64,000 nt of DNA from Candidatus Methanomethylicia archaeon (GCA_029259155.1 JAPDJI010000004.1:1-64000); one strand, 5' to 3'; numbered from the stretch's first letter, positions 31,402 through 41,669 are shown. The notes: generated by a model from the sequence alone, not told the origin. Made by a program: numbers and translations.

Positions 31402-31998
31402 TTAAAAAGACTGCAACTTTTTAAGAATGTGCCTTACGGCTTTCCTAACTTCTACATGGACTTCTTTAACGCTTTTACTGGCATCGACGAGGACATAGCC
31501 TTTTTCAAGAGCTCTCCTTCTAAGAATTTCCCTAACCTTTTCTAGGAAGCTTTCTTCTTCGAATACTTCCCTTCTTTCATGCTTTCTCGATAGGGCAAGC
31601 CTAGGTTCTAGGTCCAGAACCACCGTTAAAGCCGGTTTTGGGGCAAAGCTATTAATAGCTTCAATCCACTCCACCTCTGCTCCTTGGGCTCCTTGATATG
31701 CTATTGAGGATTCAAAATACCTGTCCGTAACCACTATGGCCCCTTCCCTTAGGGAAGGAGCTATGACTTTTGCTACGTGCTCGGCCCTATCGGCAGCAAA
31801 AAGGAGGGCTTCTATGTTTGCATCAACTCGTCCTTCCTTAAGTCTCCTTCTAATGAGCTTACCCACCCAGCCGCGGGTCGGCTCCTTGGTCAATATTACC
31901 TTAAACCCCTTTCTCTTGAGCCAGGATGACAATAACTTAGCCTGTGTAGTATTTCCTGCTCCATCGATGCCTTCAAGAGCTATGAGTATACCCTTCAC
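31402..31998 (-). CDS. tmk: Thymidylate kinase
   Basis: LEGIDGAGNTT, EP, LFAADR, DRY..SSIAYQ. Confidence 0.93.
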   Translation of the reverse strand: MKGILIALEGIDGAGNTTQAKLLSSWLKRKGFKVILTKEPTRGWVGKLIRRRLKEGRVDANIEALLFAADRAEHVAKVIAPSLREGAIVVTDRYFESSIAYQGAQGAEVEWIEAINSFAPKPALTVVLDLEPRLALSRKHERREVFEEESFLEKVREILRRRALEKGYVLVDASKSVKEVHVEVRKAVRHILKKLQSF

Positions 31999-32014
31999 GT
32001 TTTCATCACCACAG

Positions 32015-33304
32015 CTAGACTGAGATCCTAGTCAACCCCTCTTGTCCAAAGATCTCCTTACAGGCTTTCTCCACTGCTTCCCTATGTTCATGAAGAGTGT
32101 ACACCCTAATAACATCGGTGAACTTGGAGAGCGAGGAGAGCAGCTGCGAAACATCAGTTAACCTATGTATCTCACGCTCCCCCCTCTGTGTCCTTTTAAA
32201 AACTAGGATTTCTGCTCCATCTTTTGGGTGGACTGGGACTGATAACACTGTAGGAACATCGACCACCACGTAATCCGGATCAACACAGGCCACTGCTCCA
32301 ACTTCCTCCTCTAACTTTTTCCTTAGACTAGCTTTTCTGAGCAGACCGGCTAATGGGTCATCGCCTCTATGTACAACTGCCTCGTATGTACTCTTCAATA
32401 ATTTACGTTGACTGAACATATATGCTAGCCTTCTAGCCACCTCGGCTTTCCCGCCTCCTTGAAGTGAAAGAAGCGCGTGAAGCACTGAGTAGTCGTCCAT
32501 TGAAAGAAACTCTTCTACATCACTAAACTTAGTTAGTCCTAGTTCTTCATCTGCATAGTTCATGGCCCTAGAGAGCATAACGTTAGCTGCTCTCACCGTC
32601 CTATGAAAGTATACAGCGTTGAACAATTCCAGCCTAGCTATGATGAAAGCTTCTAGGACATAGAAGGCACCTGGATAATCTACGGCTACTGAACCCTCTA
32701 TCACGTCTATCGAATCTATCAGCCTATGGATATCAACTTCTCCAAATCCTACACCAGCAAAGTAAGAGTCTCTGACGATGTAATCCATGGTATCAGGTGA
32801 TAACCTACCAGAAACTACTTGGTTTAAGAAGGCGGTGTCTTTACTTGTCAGTTTACCTACGCTTAAATCGGCTATCTCTTCTTTTGAGTAACCAGCTTCA
32901 CTAAGTAAGTCTCCAACTTCACTTTCCTTTATGATCCAATTAGTGAGGTCTTCATGGGTTAATCCTTTATGTTCGTTTAAGACCTCCTCGTATACATGGC
33001 TAAAAGGGCCATGGCCTAGATCGTGCAACAATCCAGCTATCCTAAGTTTCTGAACTTCATCACTGCTTATGTAGCCTAGATAGTTTAGCCTTTCGGCTAG
33101 GAGCCCCGATAGGTGCATAACTCCGAGGGAGTGTAGAAACCTAGTGTGGCAAGCTCCAGGATATGTAAGGTCAGAGCCTGCAAGCTGCTTAATTCGTCTA
33201 AGCCTTTGAACTGGGCTTGAATCTATTAACGCCTTTTCTACCTCTGTAAAGTATATGTAACCATGTACTGGATCCTTGATCTCTCCTACCCTCTTCAAAC
33301 GCAT
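32015..33304 (-). CDS. HD-domain phosphohydrolase (dNTP triphosphohydrolase/SAMHD1-like)
   Basis: DPVHG, QRLRRIKQL, HTRFLHSLG, HDLGHGPFSH, VYFH. Confidence 0.9.
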   Translation of the reverse strand: MRLKRVGEIKDPVHGYIYFTEVEKALIDSSPVQRLRRIKQLAGSDLTYPGACHTRFLHSLGVMHLSGLLAERLNYLGYISSDEVQKLRIAGLLHDLGHGPFSHVYEEVLNEHKGLTHEDLTNWIIKESEVGDLLSEAGYSKEEIADLSVGKLTSKDTAFLNQVVSGRLSPDTMDYIVRDSYFAGVGFGEVDIHRLIDSIDVIEGSVAVDYPGAFYVLEAFIIARLELFNAVYFHRTVRAANVMLSRAMNYADEELGLTKFSDVEEFLSMDDYSVLHALLSLQGGGKAEVARRLAYMFSQRKLLKSTYEAVVHRGDDPLAGLLRKASLRKKLEEEVGAVACVDPDYVVVDVPTVLSVPVHPKDGAEILVFKRTQRGEREIHRLTDVSQLLSSLSKFTDVIRVYTLHEHREAVEKACKEIFGQEGLTRISV

Positions 33305-33377
33305 GGTTCAACTCCTAACCTAGAGACGCTAAGCGATGCTATAAGTCGCTTCCCACTTAAATGAGTAGCTATGTTGC

Positions 33378-34646
33378 TTAGCTTTTCGTGGATCTAAGCT
33401 TCTTTGTAGCGTCCACCCCTACTTTACAGGTTATTCCCTGCTTACTACTTGAAGGATCGAGGCTTGACCCTCTAGCACCCTTAATCATTATCAAGTCCTC
33501 GTCACCCTGCACGTTTAAAGCGATAGCTCTTTCCACTTCTATTGGATCATCTACGTTTACGTCCCAGTCGACGATCACGACATGCTTAAGACTGGGGTGG
33601 CCTGTAAAGGCTGCTAACGCAGCGTTCTTCCCATCGCCCTCCCATTGTTTCCTTATAGCTACCACGGCGTGAAGCCAGTTGCAGCCGCCAGGTGTTAACC
33701 TCACTGCTTTAACTTCAGGTACTACGTTGCTCACAGCCTCCCAGATAGAGACTTCCCTTGGCATGCCCATGAGTAGCCTATGCTCACACCCTCCTGGGAG
33801 GATGGCGTGATATAGAGCTCCTCTCCTCATGCTAACCCTTAACACCCTGATGATAGGTTGTTGTCTAGCTTCGTCGTAAGTGCCTGTAACGTCGAGAAAG
33901 GGCCCTTCCAGTGCCGTCTCTCCGGGCTTTATCACACCTTCGATCAAGAGCTCTGCATCAGCTGGAACTAATAAGTCCACCTTGTTACACCGGGTCAATC
34001 TCAGTCTTCCTCCAAGTAACCTATTTGCTACCCAAAGCTCATCAACACCTAATGGAGGATTACAGCAAGCCGCGAATAACACCGCTGGGTGTATGCCTAC
34101 CACTATAGCTACTTGAAGGTCAACTTCCCTCTCCACAGCTTTCTTGTAAAGGGCATAGAGATGGCGTGGAACCATCCTAATTGCCATTCTTTCCCGGTCA
34201 AGTACAAGTAGCCTATGTACTGAGGCGTTTTGGAAACCCTCATCTATGTCCTTAGCTACGACCATCCCAGCCGTTATGTAAGGCCCGGGGTCCTTTTCAT
34301 AATACGTCAGTACGGGGAGTTTCTCAAGGCTTGAGCCTAGATCTACTTCATTAACAGGGGCATCGTCTACCACTACTGGTTCAATAGGGTTCCTTAAAGC
34401 CTCGCTCACTACTCTAAAATATGAAGCCTCCCTAACCCCCAAAGCTCTATAAATTCTCTCTCTAATGCCACATATCCCTCCAACCACTGTTAGCCCCTTG
34501 CCTTCAACATCCTGAAGCATCACCACGGGCCCTCCATCATATTTAGCTAACAGCGAGGCGGCCTCCAGCCTTGACGATACCTTACCGCTAACATTCACCA
34601 CTTCCCCTTTAGCCTCGCAATCTTTCAGGAAGTCTCGAAGGCTCAT
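33378..34646 (-). CDS. UbiD-family decarboxylase (candidate anhydromevalonate-phosphate decarboxylase)
   Basis: DPGPYITAG, EGPF, GGCNWLH, GSSLDPS; exact substrate is inference. Confidence 0.88.
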   Translation of the reverse strand: MSLRDFLKDCEAKGEVVNVSGKVSSRLEAASLLAKYDGGPVVMLQDVEGKGLTVVGGICGIRERIYRALGVREASYFRVVSEALRNPIEPVVVDDAPVNEVDLGSSLEKLPVLTYYEKDPGPYITAGMVVAKDIDEGFQNASVHRLLVLDRERMAIRMVPRHLYALYKKAVEREVDLQVAIVVGIHPAVLFAACCNPPLGVDELWVANRLLGGRLRLTRCNKVDLLVPADAELLIEGVIKPGETALEGPFLDVTGTYDEARQQPIIRVLRVSMRRGALYHAILPGGCEHRLLMGMPREVSIWEAVSNVVPEVKAVRLTPGGCNWLHAVVAIRKQWEGDGKNAALAAFTGHPSLKHVVIVDWDVNVDDPIEVERAIALNVQGDEDLIMIKGARGSSLDPSSSKQGITCKVGVDATKKLRSTKS

Positions 34647-34714
34647 ATCCTAACTCTCCAGTTTAATATGAGAGAAGGTTGCCCCTTAAAAGGGAGGCTG
34701 TTAGGCTAGTAATC

Positions 34715-34793
34715 GGGCCCGTAGCTCAGCACGGACTAGAGCGGCGGCCTTCGGAGCCGTAGGTCGGGGGTTCGAATCCCCCCGGGCCCGCCA
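34715..34793 (+). tRNA. tRNA-Arg(UCG), intronless, CCA encoded
   Basis: GGGCCCG/CGGGCCC-GCCA, GCGGC-CTTCGGA-GCCGT. Confidence 0.95.
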
Positions 34794-35061
34794 TTGCGGT
34801 GGCAGCTATGTTCCTCTCAAGCACTTGTCGCCCATCGTGAGGTCTCCAGGTGTTCACGGAAAGTCTTCCTCTGATCTACACATAGGTATTGTAATAGGTG
34901 TAATAATTTGTAGAGCGCTGCGTTGCTTTGGAGGTCAATAAAGGTATACATGATCATAGGAAAACTATGTTTGCTAGGCAGAATGGTGGGAGGCGACGAT
35001 AATTTGACGGAGAAGTACTTGTCGACAGGTGAAAATTTCGTTATACTAAGGTTTAAGTATT

Positions 35062-35751
35062 ATGATAATACGACTTATTCGTGAAAAAATGAGAAAGGTA
35101 ATCGTAGCATCGACGATTATGCTACTTCTGCTATTTCCTATAGCAACCGTGCGAGCCACACCAGGCACTATTCAATTAATAGGGAAGGAGTGGGATCATG
35201 ACAACTTAAAGGTCTACATAAAAGTATCACCTAAATTACAGGACTACATTTCTGACGTCCTAGTAGCTCTCAACGATTGGTCTACAGCTTTAGAAGGTGC
35301 AAGCGAGAACACGGTAGATAATAGCGAGATAGGTGGCGAAGTAGATGGCATCTTTGATTTTCAGTTGGTCGACTCTTCTAGAGAAGCTGACATAGTCATT
35401 ACCCTACATCGTGGCACCTTTGCCGGAGTTTTAGGCATGGCTATTTTGCAGGATAAAGATAATGATGGCTACTTCGATAAGGTCAAGATATCTGTAAAAG
35501 TAGGAAGTGGTGTAGCTACAAGGGAGGACGTTAGAAACGTGCTTCGTCACGAGTTAGGACATGCATTAGGTCTAGGTCATAGCGACGATCCAGGCGACCT
35601 AATGTATCCAACCTATGATGCGTCGAGCGTTAATGTGGATGTGCTTCCATCATCCCTAGACGTGAATGCTTTGTTACACATATACTATAATGATGGTTTT
35701 GGCTTGCCAAACTTACCTCCTGAAATGATCCCACCAAGCTATTCTGAGTAG
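35062..35751 (+). CDS. Secreted matrixin-like (M10) zinc metalloprotease
   Basis: Signal peptide; HELGHALGLGHS and Met-turn LMYP; start may be ATG at 35089. Confidence 0.9.
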   Translation: MIIRLIREKMRKVIVASTIMLLLLFPIATVRATPGTIQLIGKEWDHDNLKVYIKVSPKLQDYISDVLVALNDWSTALEGASENTVDNSEIGGEVDGIFDFQLVDSSREADIVITLHRGTFAGVLGMAILQDKDNDGYFDKVKISVKVGSGVATREDVRNVLRHELGHALGLGHSDDPGDLMYPTYDASSVNVDVLPSSLDVNALLHIYYNDGFGLPNLPPEMIPPSYSE

Positions 35752-35848
35752 CTTCAGTAAGCATCACTCACCTTTATTTTTCCTTGTGAAATCATTGGGA
35801 AACAGCATATCTGTAGTCTGTCCTAGTTTTTGAAAAATCCAGATAGAT

Positions 35849-36130
35849 CTAGAGGGCCCACTTTAAGAGCTCTTTCACCTGGTTAAAGATAAAGGTCTTA
35901 TCGGGAAGTTGAACCTCAATTTTCTCAATGGGCATAGAGCTTAGTAGCTCCTTGGGTGTAAGTGAGCCGAAAGCCTTGCTCCATTCCACTTTGCTTGAGT
36001 CCCTGTCTTCAGCCTTAATAAAGCCGTTTATGACCATGGCGTAGCGAAGCCCCTTGAAGGTAACTACTATCCTTGCTGAAGCTTCACGTGCTCTCTTCGT
36101 GATAGCTGCAACCTCGGCCTGGGTTACCAT
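35849..36130 (-). CDS. Hypothetical protein
   Basis: 93-aa ORF overlapping the hisS stop; genome-typical composition. Confidence 0.7.
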   Translation of the reverse strand: MVTQAEVAAITKRAREASARIVVTFKGLRYAMVINGFIKAEDRDSSKVEWSKAFGSLTPKELLSSMPIEKIEVQLPDKTFIFNQVKELLKWAL

Positions 36131-37422
36131 GAGGCCTCCTCCTTCAAGATCTTTATGGCATCTTCAAGCCTTACCATTTTCTCTAACCTCTTCTCCATGT
36201 CTCTGAGCCTTAACATGCCTTGACTTAGCTCCTTCCTGCCAACTATGAGGGCATACGGTATGCCTTTGGTATCAGTGTACTTAAGCTGGCGGTCAAGCTT
36301 TCGAGACATTAGGTCTACTTCAGCTGTTACACCTTCTTCTCTTAGCTTTGAAGCTATTTTAAGCGCTTCAAGCTTCACATCTTCGCTCACCGCTGCTACA
36401 AAGACTTTAGTCCTTGTTTTGATGCTGGGTAGTTTTCCTTCGATTCTCAAAACTTCCACAAGCCTATCCATACCTAGCGAGATCCCGGTAGCTGGTGTAT
36501 GCGGCCCCCCCAGTAACTGGATTAACTCGTCGTACCTTCCTCCACCTGCCACGCTCCCTAGTTTTCCAGTCATACCTTCAACTACTACTTCAAAGATGGG
36601 TCCAGTATAGTAATCTAAGCCTCGAGCTAAACTAAAGTCGAGCATGAGCTTATCGGCATAGCCATAGACCTCAGCTAGGCGGTGAATGGTCTCGATTTCC
36701 TTTAACCCTTCAATACCTACGTCATCTCCCTCCACAACTCTTCGCGCCTCTTCTGCTACTTCGTCTACCTTACCCTTTATGGATATGAAAGACAACAGTT
36801 TCTTTGCCTGCTCCTTAAGCCCTCTAGTTTCAAGCTCAGCCTTTACCCCCTCGAGACCTATCTTATCCATCTTATCTATCGCTCTGAAGGCATCAAGAAA
36901 TTTTTCTTCAGGCACCTCTGAGAGACGTGCTAAGGCCTCTAGGATCTTTCGGTTGTTTATTTTTAGTTCAAACTTCTCCAACCCTAGCCTCCTCAAACAT
37001 TCAACAGCCACTGCTAAAACCTCGGCGTCAGCCTCCATGGATGCTACGCCTACTATATCGGCGTCAGCCTGCCAAAACTCTCTTAACCTGCCGCTCTGAG
37101 GCTCCTCATGTCGCCAGGCTCTAGATATGCAGTATCTCTTGAACGGTTTAGGCAACGTAGGGTTGCTAGCCACTACCCTAGCTAGCCCTACTGTCAAGTC
37201 AAAGCGTAACCCCAGCTCTCCTCCCTCTAACCTAAAGATCTGTTTTTCAACTTCTTCTCCGCATTTAGCTATCAAGATTTTCCAGAGCTCTAAGACGGGG
37301 GTTTCAGCTTCGTCGAAGCCAAAGCTCTCAAAGACTTTCTTCACGGTATCTATTACATGCCTATACCTCAACGCATCTTCAGGTAGCAGGTCCCTTGTCC
37401 CTCTCGGCCTCTTAGGCTCCAC
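36124..37422 (-). CDS. hisS: Histidyl-tRNA synthetase
   Basis: PRGTRD, LRFDLTV, GRLREFWQAD, RGLDYYTG, GGGRYD. Confidence 0.97.
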   Translation of the reverse strand: MEPKRPRGTRDLLPEDALRYRHVIDTVKKVFESFGFDEAETPVLELWKILIAKCGEEVEKQIFRLEGGELGLRFDLTVGLARVVASNPTLPKPFKRYCISRAWRHEEPQSGRLREFWQADADIVGVASMEADAEVLAVAVECLRRLGLEKFELKINNRKILEALARLSEVPEEKFLDAFRAIDKMDKIGLEGVKAELETRGLKEQAKKLLSFISIKGKVDEVAEEARRVVEGDDVGIEGLKEIETIHRLAEVYGYADKLMLDFSLARGLDYYTGPIFEVVVEGMTGKLGSVAGGGRYDELIQLLGGPHTPATGISLGMDRLVEVLRIEGKLPSIKTRTKVFVAAVSEDVKLEALKIASKLREEGVTAEVDLMSRKLDRQLKYTDTKGIPYALIVGRKELSQGMLRLRDMEKRLEKMVRLEDAIKILKEEASW

Positions 37423-37433
37423 GAAGCTTCACC

Positions 37434-37979
37434 TCATAGCGATACCAGCGCTACTTCATAGTAACATACTTCGCCTTGTCTATTAACAATGGCCAGCACG
37501 GGCTCTTTACGTAGCGCTCTGGCAGTCTTTGTCATATTGTAGATGTTGTTTAGATCTAGAGGCTCACCTTCAATCACGCCGTAAACCAGGTACTTAGCTC
37601 CCTCCGAGCCTACTTCAGCTCCTCGCCTGTACACCCTAAATTCTACGCGGTCACTAAACCCCTCCTTGACCACATACCCCCTCCTTCTCAGGTCCGAGTA
37701 TACAAGGTATTTAAGCCAGGTTTGAGGATCCTTCTTCATCAACCTCTTTGCCACTTCATCGAACTCGAGCTCCTTTCCACTATCATCATAAACCCTTATC
37801 CTGCCCCTTTCAAGTAAATGGAGGACTTCGGCTGGGGATAGCTTAAGCTTCCCAGATACGTATTCACCGTAATAACCTGTAGAGTAAAGTTCCCGAGCTT
37901 CCTCCTCGTCCTCCACTGTGAAGTCGTCCTCCTTGAAAAGGACCTTTAGCGGTTTTCGTTCCTGCTCCTCTCTGCTCAT
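37434..37979 (-). CDS. tRNA-splicing endonuclease, probable structural (beta) subunit
   Basis: LSPAEVLHL, VYSDLRRRGYVVKEG, RK..LAIV; catalytic His absent; start moved to MSREE. Confidence 0.85.
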   Translation of the reverse strand: MSREEQERKPLKVLFKEDDFTVEDEEEARELYSTGYYGEYVSGKLKLSPAEVLHLLERGRIRVYDDSGKELEFDEVAKRLMKKDPQTWLKYLVYSDLRRRGYVVKEGFSDRVEFRVYRRGAEVGSEGAKYLVYGVIEGEPLDLNNIYNMTKTARALRKEPVLAIVNRQGEVCYYEVALVSL

Positions 37980-38022
37980 AGCTTTTAAACTAGGCGTGGC
38001 CGCGTGATTTAAACCTTGACCG

Positions 38023-39219
38023 CTAAGCGAAGTCTGGCAGCTTCTCGAGCTGTCGTAACACATAATTCCTTATCTCTTTAGGTTTAGGTAGTTCTCTGAC
38101 AAGCTTTCCTTGCTTCAACAGCGGCTTTAGCATGCCTTCCATGACCTTGCCGCAGCGTGGACAAGTGGGTGGAGGCTCCTCTAAGGGCTTCACGGCTCTC
38201 TCCATGCAGTCAAAGCATCGGTAGACCTGTTTCCGTCCTGGCATTTTCCCTCTCTTCGAGATGGGTTTGCCTTCGACCTCAACTATGTCGAAAGCTAGAT
38301 CTATGGAAGGTGGAAACATGATAGATGTACCTACACCAAACACATCTACCACGTCTCTAAGCCTAGCTATCGCGTATTCGTCGAGCCCTGCGCTTAACAC
38401 TATCTTTACATGGCGATAACCGTGCAGGTTTAAAGTCCATCGGGCTTCCTCAACGATTCTCCTAATATCTCCTCTCCTCGACTTTGGGGTGTCGAAACGA
38501 ACTCCGTAGAGCTTTTCACCAAGAGCTTGGGCAGCCATTAAAGCCTCTACCCTTTCATCAAACCAAGTGTCGCATAACGCTATGCGTAGAACGTTAGGTG
38601 GCATTACTTCATCGAAGGCTTTCCATGCCTCTACCTGGTTACCAATGATTATAATCAGCTCATGAGGTATAGTACCTACAGGCTCTTCACCTATTAGCTT
38701 TGCTCCCGCTACTCCTGAGACAGCGTCGCACCCTCCGATGAAGGCTGCCCTATCGGCCATGGGGGCTATGGCTGGATGTATAGCCCTCACTCCAAAGGAG
38801 ATTACCATTCTATCTCCGGCTGCTTTTTTACACCTAGCTGCTCTAGTAGCGATGCTCGAACTATGTCGAAGCAGTCCAAGAATGGGGGTCTCGTAGATCC
38901 CAAACTCGCTGTAAGGTCCTTCGACCCTGAGTACGGGTTCGTATAAGTTGAAGATGGAGCCTTCATCCATGGCGTAAACATCGACTTTTAATCCTTCGAG
39001 AAGCTTAACTGCCTCCTCAACGCCAGCAAATACTGCCCACTCATAACCTTGAGGAAAGGAGTAAGCGTGGATATCCATGGCCACCTTCGTCTCTGCTATT
39101 CCTTTTTTCGCTAAGATCTCCCTCGTCCTAAGGTAGTAGATGTCAGTAGTTGATCCTCGTTTAATCTCTTCACTGGTTGCTACGAAGAGTTCTCCGTCCA
39201 CATCCTCGCCCCCCGTCAC
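38023..39219 (-). CDS. pncB: Nicotinate phosphoribosyltransferase
   Basis: TDIYY, SFGVR, GTIPH, VRFDTP, SAGLDE, FGVGT, KRGK, C-terminal Zn ribbon. Confidence 0.92.
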   Translation of the reverse strand: MTGGEDVDGELFVATSEEIKRGSTTDIYYLRTREILAKKGIAETKVAMDIHAYSFPQGYEWAVFAGVEEAVKLLEGLKVDVYAMDEGSIFNLYEPVLRVEGPYSEFGIYETPILGLLRHSSSIATRAARCKKAAGDRMVISFGVRAIHPAIAPMADRAAFIGGCDAVSGVAGAKLIGEEPVGTIPHELIIIIGNQVEAWKAFDEVMPPNVLRIALCDTWFDERVEALMAAQALGEKLYGVRFDTPKSRRGDIRRIVEEARWTLNLHGYRHVKIVLSAGLDEYAIARLRDVVDVFGVGTSIMFPPSIDLAFDIVEVEGKPISKRGKMPGRKQVYRCFDCMERAVKPLEEPPPTCPRCGKVMEGMLKPLLKQGKLVRELPKPKEIRNYVLRQLEKLPDFA

Positions 39220-39253
39220 CCTTCAAGGGACATTCACGCTATAAAAGGAGGAG

Positions 39254-39472
39254 CTATTTCACGCTTCCTCTCCTACGCCTAATAGCCTTAATGAGGCTAT
39301 AGGCGTGGTACCACATCAATAGGGTACCTACCAGTATACCTAGCCCAATTCCCAGTGCCTCGTTTCCCAAGACGTGTTTACCGGCGAAGTAGCCCACCAA
39401 AGCAAAGACTAGGAGGTCTAACCCCATGCCAAGGGCGTACGCTGCCTCCCGCATGGAGCCTTGGCTTGACAT
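39254..39472 (-). CDS. Small 2-TM protein, AtpZ/AtpI (ATPase gene 1)-like
   Basis: GYFAGKHVLG...GIGLGILVG two-helix pattern, basic tail, downstream of the proteolipid gene. Confidence 0.6.
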   Translation of the reverse strand: MSSQGSMREAAYALGMGLDLLVFALVGYFAGKHVLGNEALGIGLGILVGTLLMWYHAYSLIKAIRRRRGSVK

Positions 39473-39555
39473 ACACCTTAACTAAGTCCTAGAAACCTTA
39501 AATAGGTATTCTTAGCCAGCCAACCTGTAGTGGAAATCTCTGCTGTGGAGGGAGT

Positions 39556-39939
39556 TTGATGGCAACCAAGCTTAAGCCTCTCTCAAGTATAGGTGCAGGT
39601 ATCTGCCTGTTCATATACGGAGTGCTTATGTTAGGGTCAAGTATTCTCTTGGCCTCTTCAGGAGCTGGAGGAAGCTTCTTAGTCGTAGTCTTAGTAACAG
39701 GCCTCTTCGGCATACTAGCGCTAGTAGCAAGCGTAGGGCTATTTAATAATGCTAAGTGGGGTAAAATACTAGGTTTCGCGATACCAGCGCTGAGCGTTAC
39801 TTTCAGCTTAATCTTCGCCGCGGCCACCATGGCTGGGTCTGGAATCCCCTTCATCGGATTGGCTGGTCTGCTACACGGAATGGCTACGGCCTTCGCTGCT
39901 TGGCTAATACTGTCCTCTGGAGCCTGGGCTTTTAAGTAA
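39556..39939 (+). CDS. Hypothetical 4-TM membrane protein
   Basis: Four hydrophobic Gly/Ala-rich segments; GGAGG before the start. Confidence 0.65.
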   Translation: MMATKLKPLSSIGAGICLFIYGVLMLGSSILLASSGAGGSFLVVVLVTGLFGILALVASVGLFNNAKWGKILGFAIPALSVTFSLIFAAATMAGSGIPFIGLAGLLHGMATAFAAWLILSSGAWAFK

Positions 39940-39985
39940 GGCTCCCTCTTTTCTCTTAAAGTAAAAAAGTTGCTGGAACGTTGTT

Positions 39986-40324
39986 TTATAACATTATCAA
40001 CATGAACGAGATTACCAGACCATAGATAGCGATAGCCTCGATGAACACGATGTAGATCAGCGTTCTACCGAAGACCTCAGGTTTCTCCGCCATAGCTCCA
40101 ATAGCAGCAGCAGAAGCTGTACCCATACCTACACCTGCTCCTAAACCTGCGAAGCCTATAGCCATTCCTGCTCCTAGCAGTTTACCCATCTCTCCAAAAC
40201 CGGCATTGCCTTCCGCAGCTGCCTCAGCCGCGGACGCGAAGCTGATAGTGGCTGTGGCCAATACCGCTAATGCTATTAGCGCGAAAAGCGCCGCCTTCAC
40301 CGCCTTCATGGTAAACCCCTCCAC
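39986..40324 (-). CDS. atpK: A-type ATP synthase proteolipid subunit K (c)
   Basis: GxGxGxG helix, AEKPE loop, FIEAIAIYG with the carrier Glu; signal-like N-terminal extension. Confidence 0.93.
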   Translation of the reverse strand: MEGFTMKAVKAALFALIALAVLATATISFASAAEAAAEGNAGFGEMGKLLGAGMAIGFAGLGAGVGMGTASAAAIGAMAEKPEVFGRTLIYIVFIEAIAIYGLVISFMLIML

Positions 40325-40360
40325 ACTTTTCCATCCCTCTGTTTTTAACCTTTGTGGCAG

Positions 40361-41374
40361 CTAATGCAGTATCAACCGTGACATTATATCTTCAGCTGGT
40401 AACCCTTCACTTTTACCTATCAGGAGCGCTTTGAGGTTGCGTACTTCGAAGAACTTAAGGTTGAGGAGGGCCTGGAGGATACCTACGTGAAACCCGTAGT
40501 GAAGGAAGATCGCGGCGTTTACCTTAGCTAGCCTCCTCAATAAGTGAGCTTCAACCTCAGTCAGACTAGTTGCTTTAGGCACCTCTCCCCAAAGGTCTTT
40601 TACGACCGTCAAAGCCTCGCTCAGTGTAGGGGCTGACATTGCCTTGCTAGCCATTTCAACTGTAAACCTAAACTTATAGGGTAGTAGATAGTTCTTGTAA
40701 TCCTTAACGCCCATGGACTTAAGCCTCAGGCAAACCATGAAATTCTTTAAGTCCACCTCTTCTCCTAATAACCTCCTCACCCAGTCTCTATCTAGGCCTT
40801 TAAGCTCCTCCACCGCCTTGCCTAATAGGCCGTAAGCGTAGCGGTCTACGGCGAGTTCAAGTGGGTAAGGGCTCTTTAGCTCCTCTGCTTCCTTTAAAGC
40901 TACGTGTAATCTTCCTTTTAGTTCCTCGTCCTGAACCATAAAGATAGCTGTTGAGGTATCCCGCGCCCCTATTAGCTTCTCACAAACTTCAGGGCCGTAT
41001 CGGCCTACTGGGACTATTAGCCTCAGAGCCTCGGTTTTAGGTACATTAGAAAACTTAGCTCGTAGTATAGCCTTCAATACCTCAAGCTCATGCTTATACT
41101 TGGACAACTCTATGTAAGCCTTGGCTTTACCGCTTACGAGCCTGGTCAGCTCCTCGAAGAGATCGTTATAGCTCTGCGCGAGCCCCCTATCAACATCCAT
41201 GACCTCTTCTGCTGAGGCTATATATGGTCCATAGCTTGTAGAGGCTAAGTACCTCAATGCTTGCTGGTAGCTTATAGCTCTGGCCATGTTTTCGAAGTCT
41301 TCAGCCTTAAGCATATAGGAGCGCTTAGCATATACTCTAGCGAGCGCATAAGCGTACGCATCAGGCCGCCTCAT
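40361..41374 (-). CDS. atpC: A-type ATP synthase subunit C
   Basis: YAYALARV, EVDLKN, EVRNLK motifs; start moved to MRRPDAY. Confidence 0.88.
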   Translation of the reverse strand: MRRPDAYAYALARVYAKRSYMLKAEDFENMARAISYQQALRYLASTSYGPYIASAEEVMDVDRGLAQSYNDLFEELTRLVSGKAKAYIELSKYKHELEVLKAILRAKFSNVPKTEALRLIVPVGRYGPEVCEKLIGARDTSTAIFMVQDEELKGRLHVALKEAEELKSPYPLELAVDRYAYGLLGKAVEELKGLDRDWVRRLLGEEVDLKNFMVCLRLKSMGVKDYKNYLLPYKFRFTVEMASKAMSAPTLSEALTVVKDLWGEVPKATSLTEVEAHLLRRLAKVNAAIFLHYGFHVGILQALLNLKFFEVRNLKALLIGKSEGLPAEDIMSRLILH

Positions 41375-41441
41375 CCTGCCTCGAACCCTATAAATCCGCA
41401 ACAGTATATGAGTATTAATGCTGATCTCCTTGGACAGAGCC

Positions 41442-41669
41442 ATGTACTTCAGAATGGCCTTAAGAGGATTGTTACTAGGCTTAATATTGCCCTTACTGGT
41501 GGTCTTAGGTATGGTTTTAGGCTACTCTTTTGGGCAAAGATTAAGCATCCTACATCAAATCCTCCTATCTCTCATAGGAGGCTTAGTGGGGTTAGCGGTA
41601 GGCACCATCATCGTAGTGAAGATGATTGAAAGGATGTACTCGGGCTCCAATAAAAGAAGGCGTGGTTAA
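41442..41669 (+). CDS. Small 2-TM protein (AtpZ/AtpI-like pattern) antisense between atpI and atpC
   Basis: GMVLGYSFG...GGLVGLAVG two helices, basic tail; fills the atpI-atpC gap; start at 41418 or 41442. Confidence 0.6.
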   Translation: MYFRMALRGLLLGLILPLLVVLGMVLGYSFGQRLSILHQILLSLIGGLVGLAVGTIIVVKMIERMYSGSNKRRRG

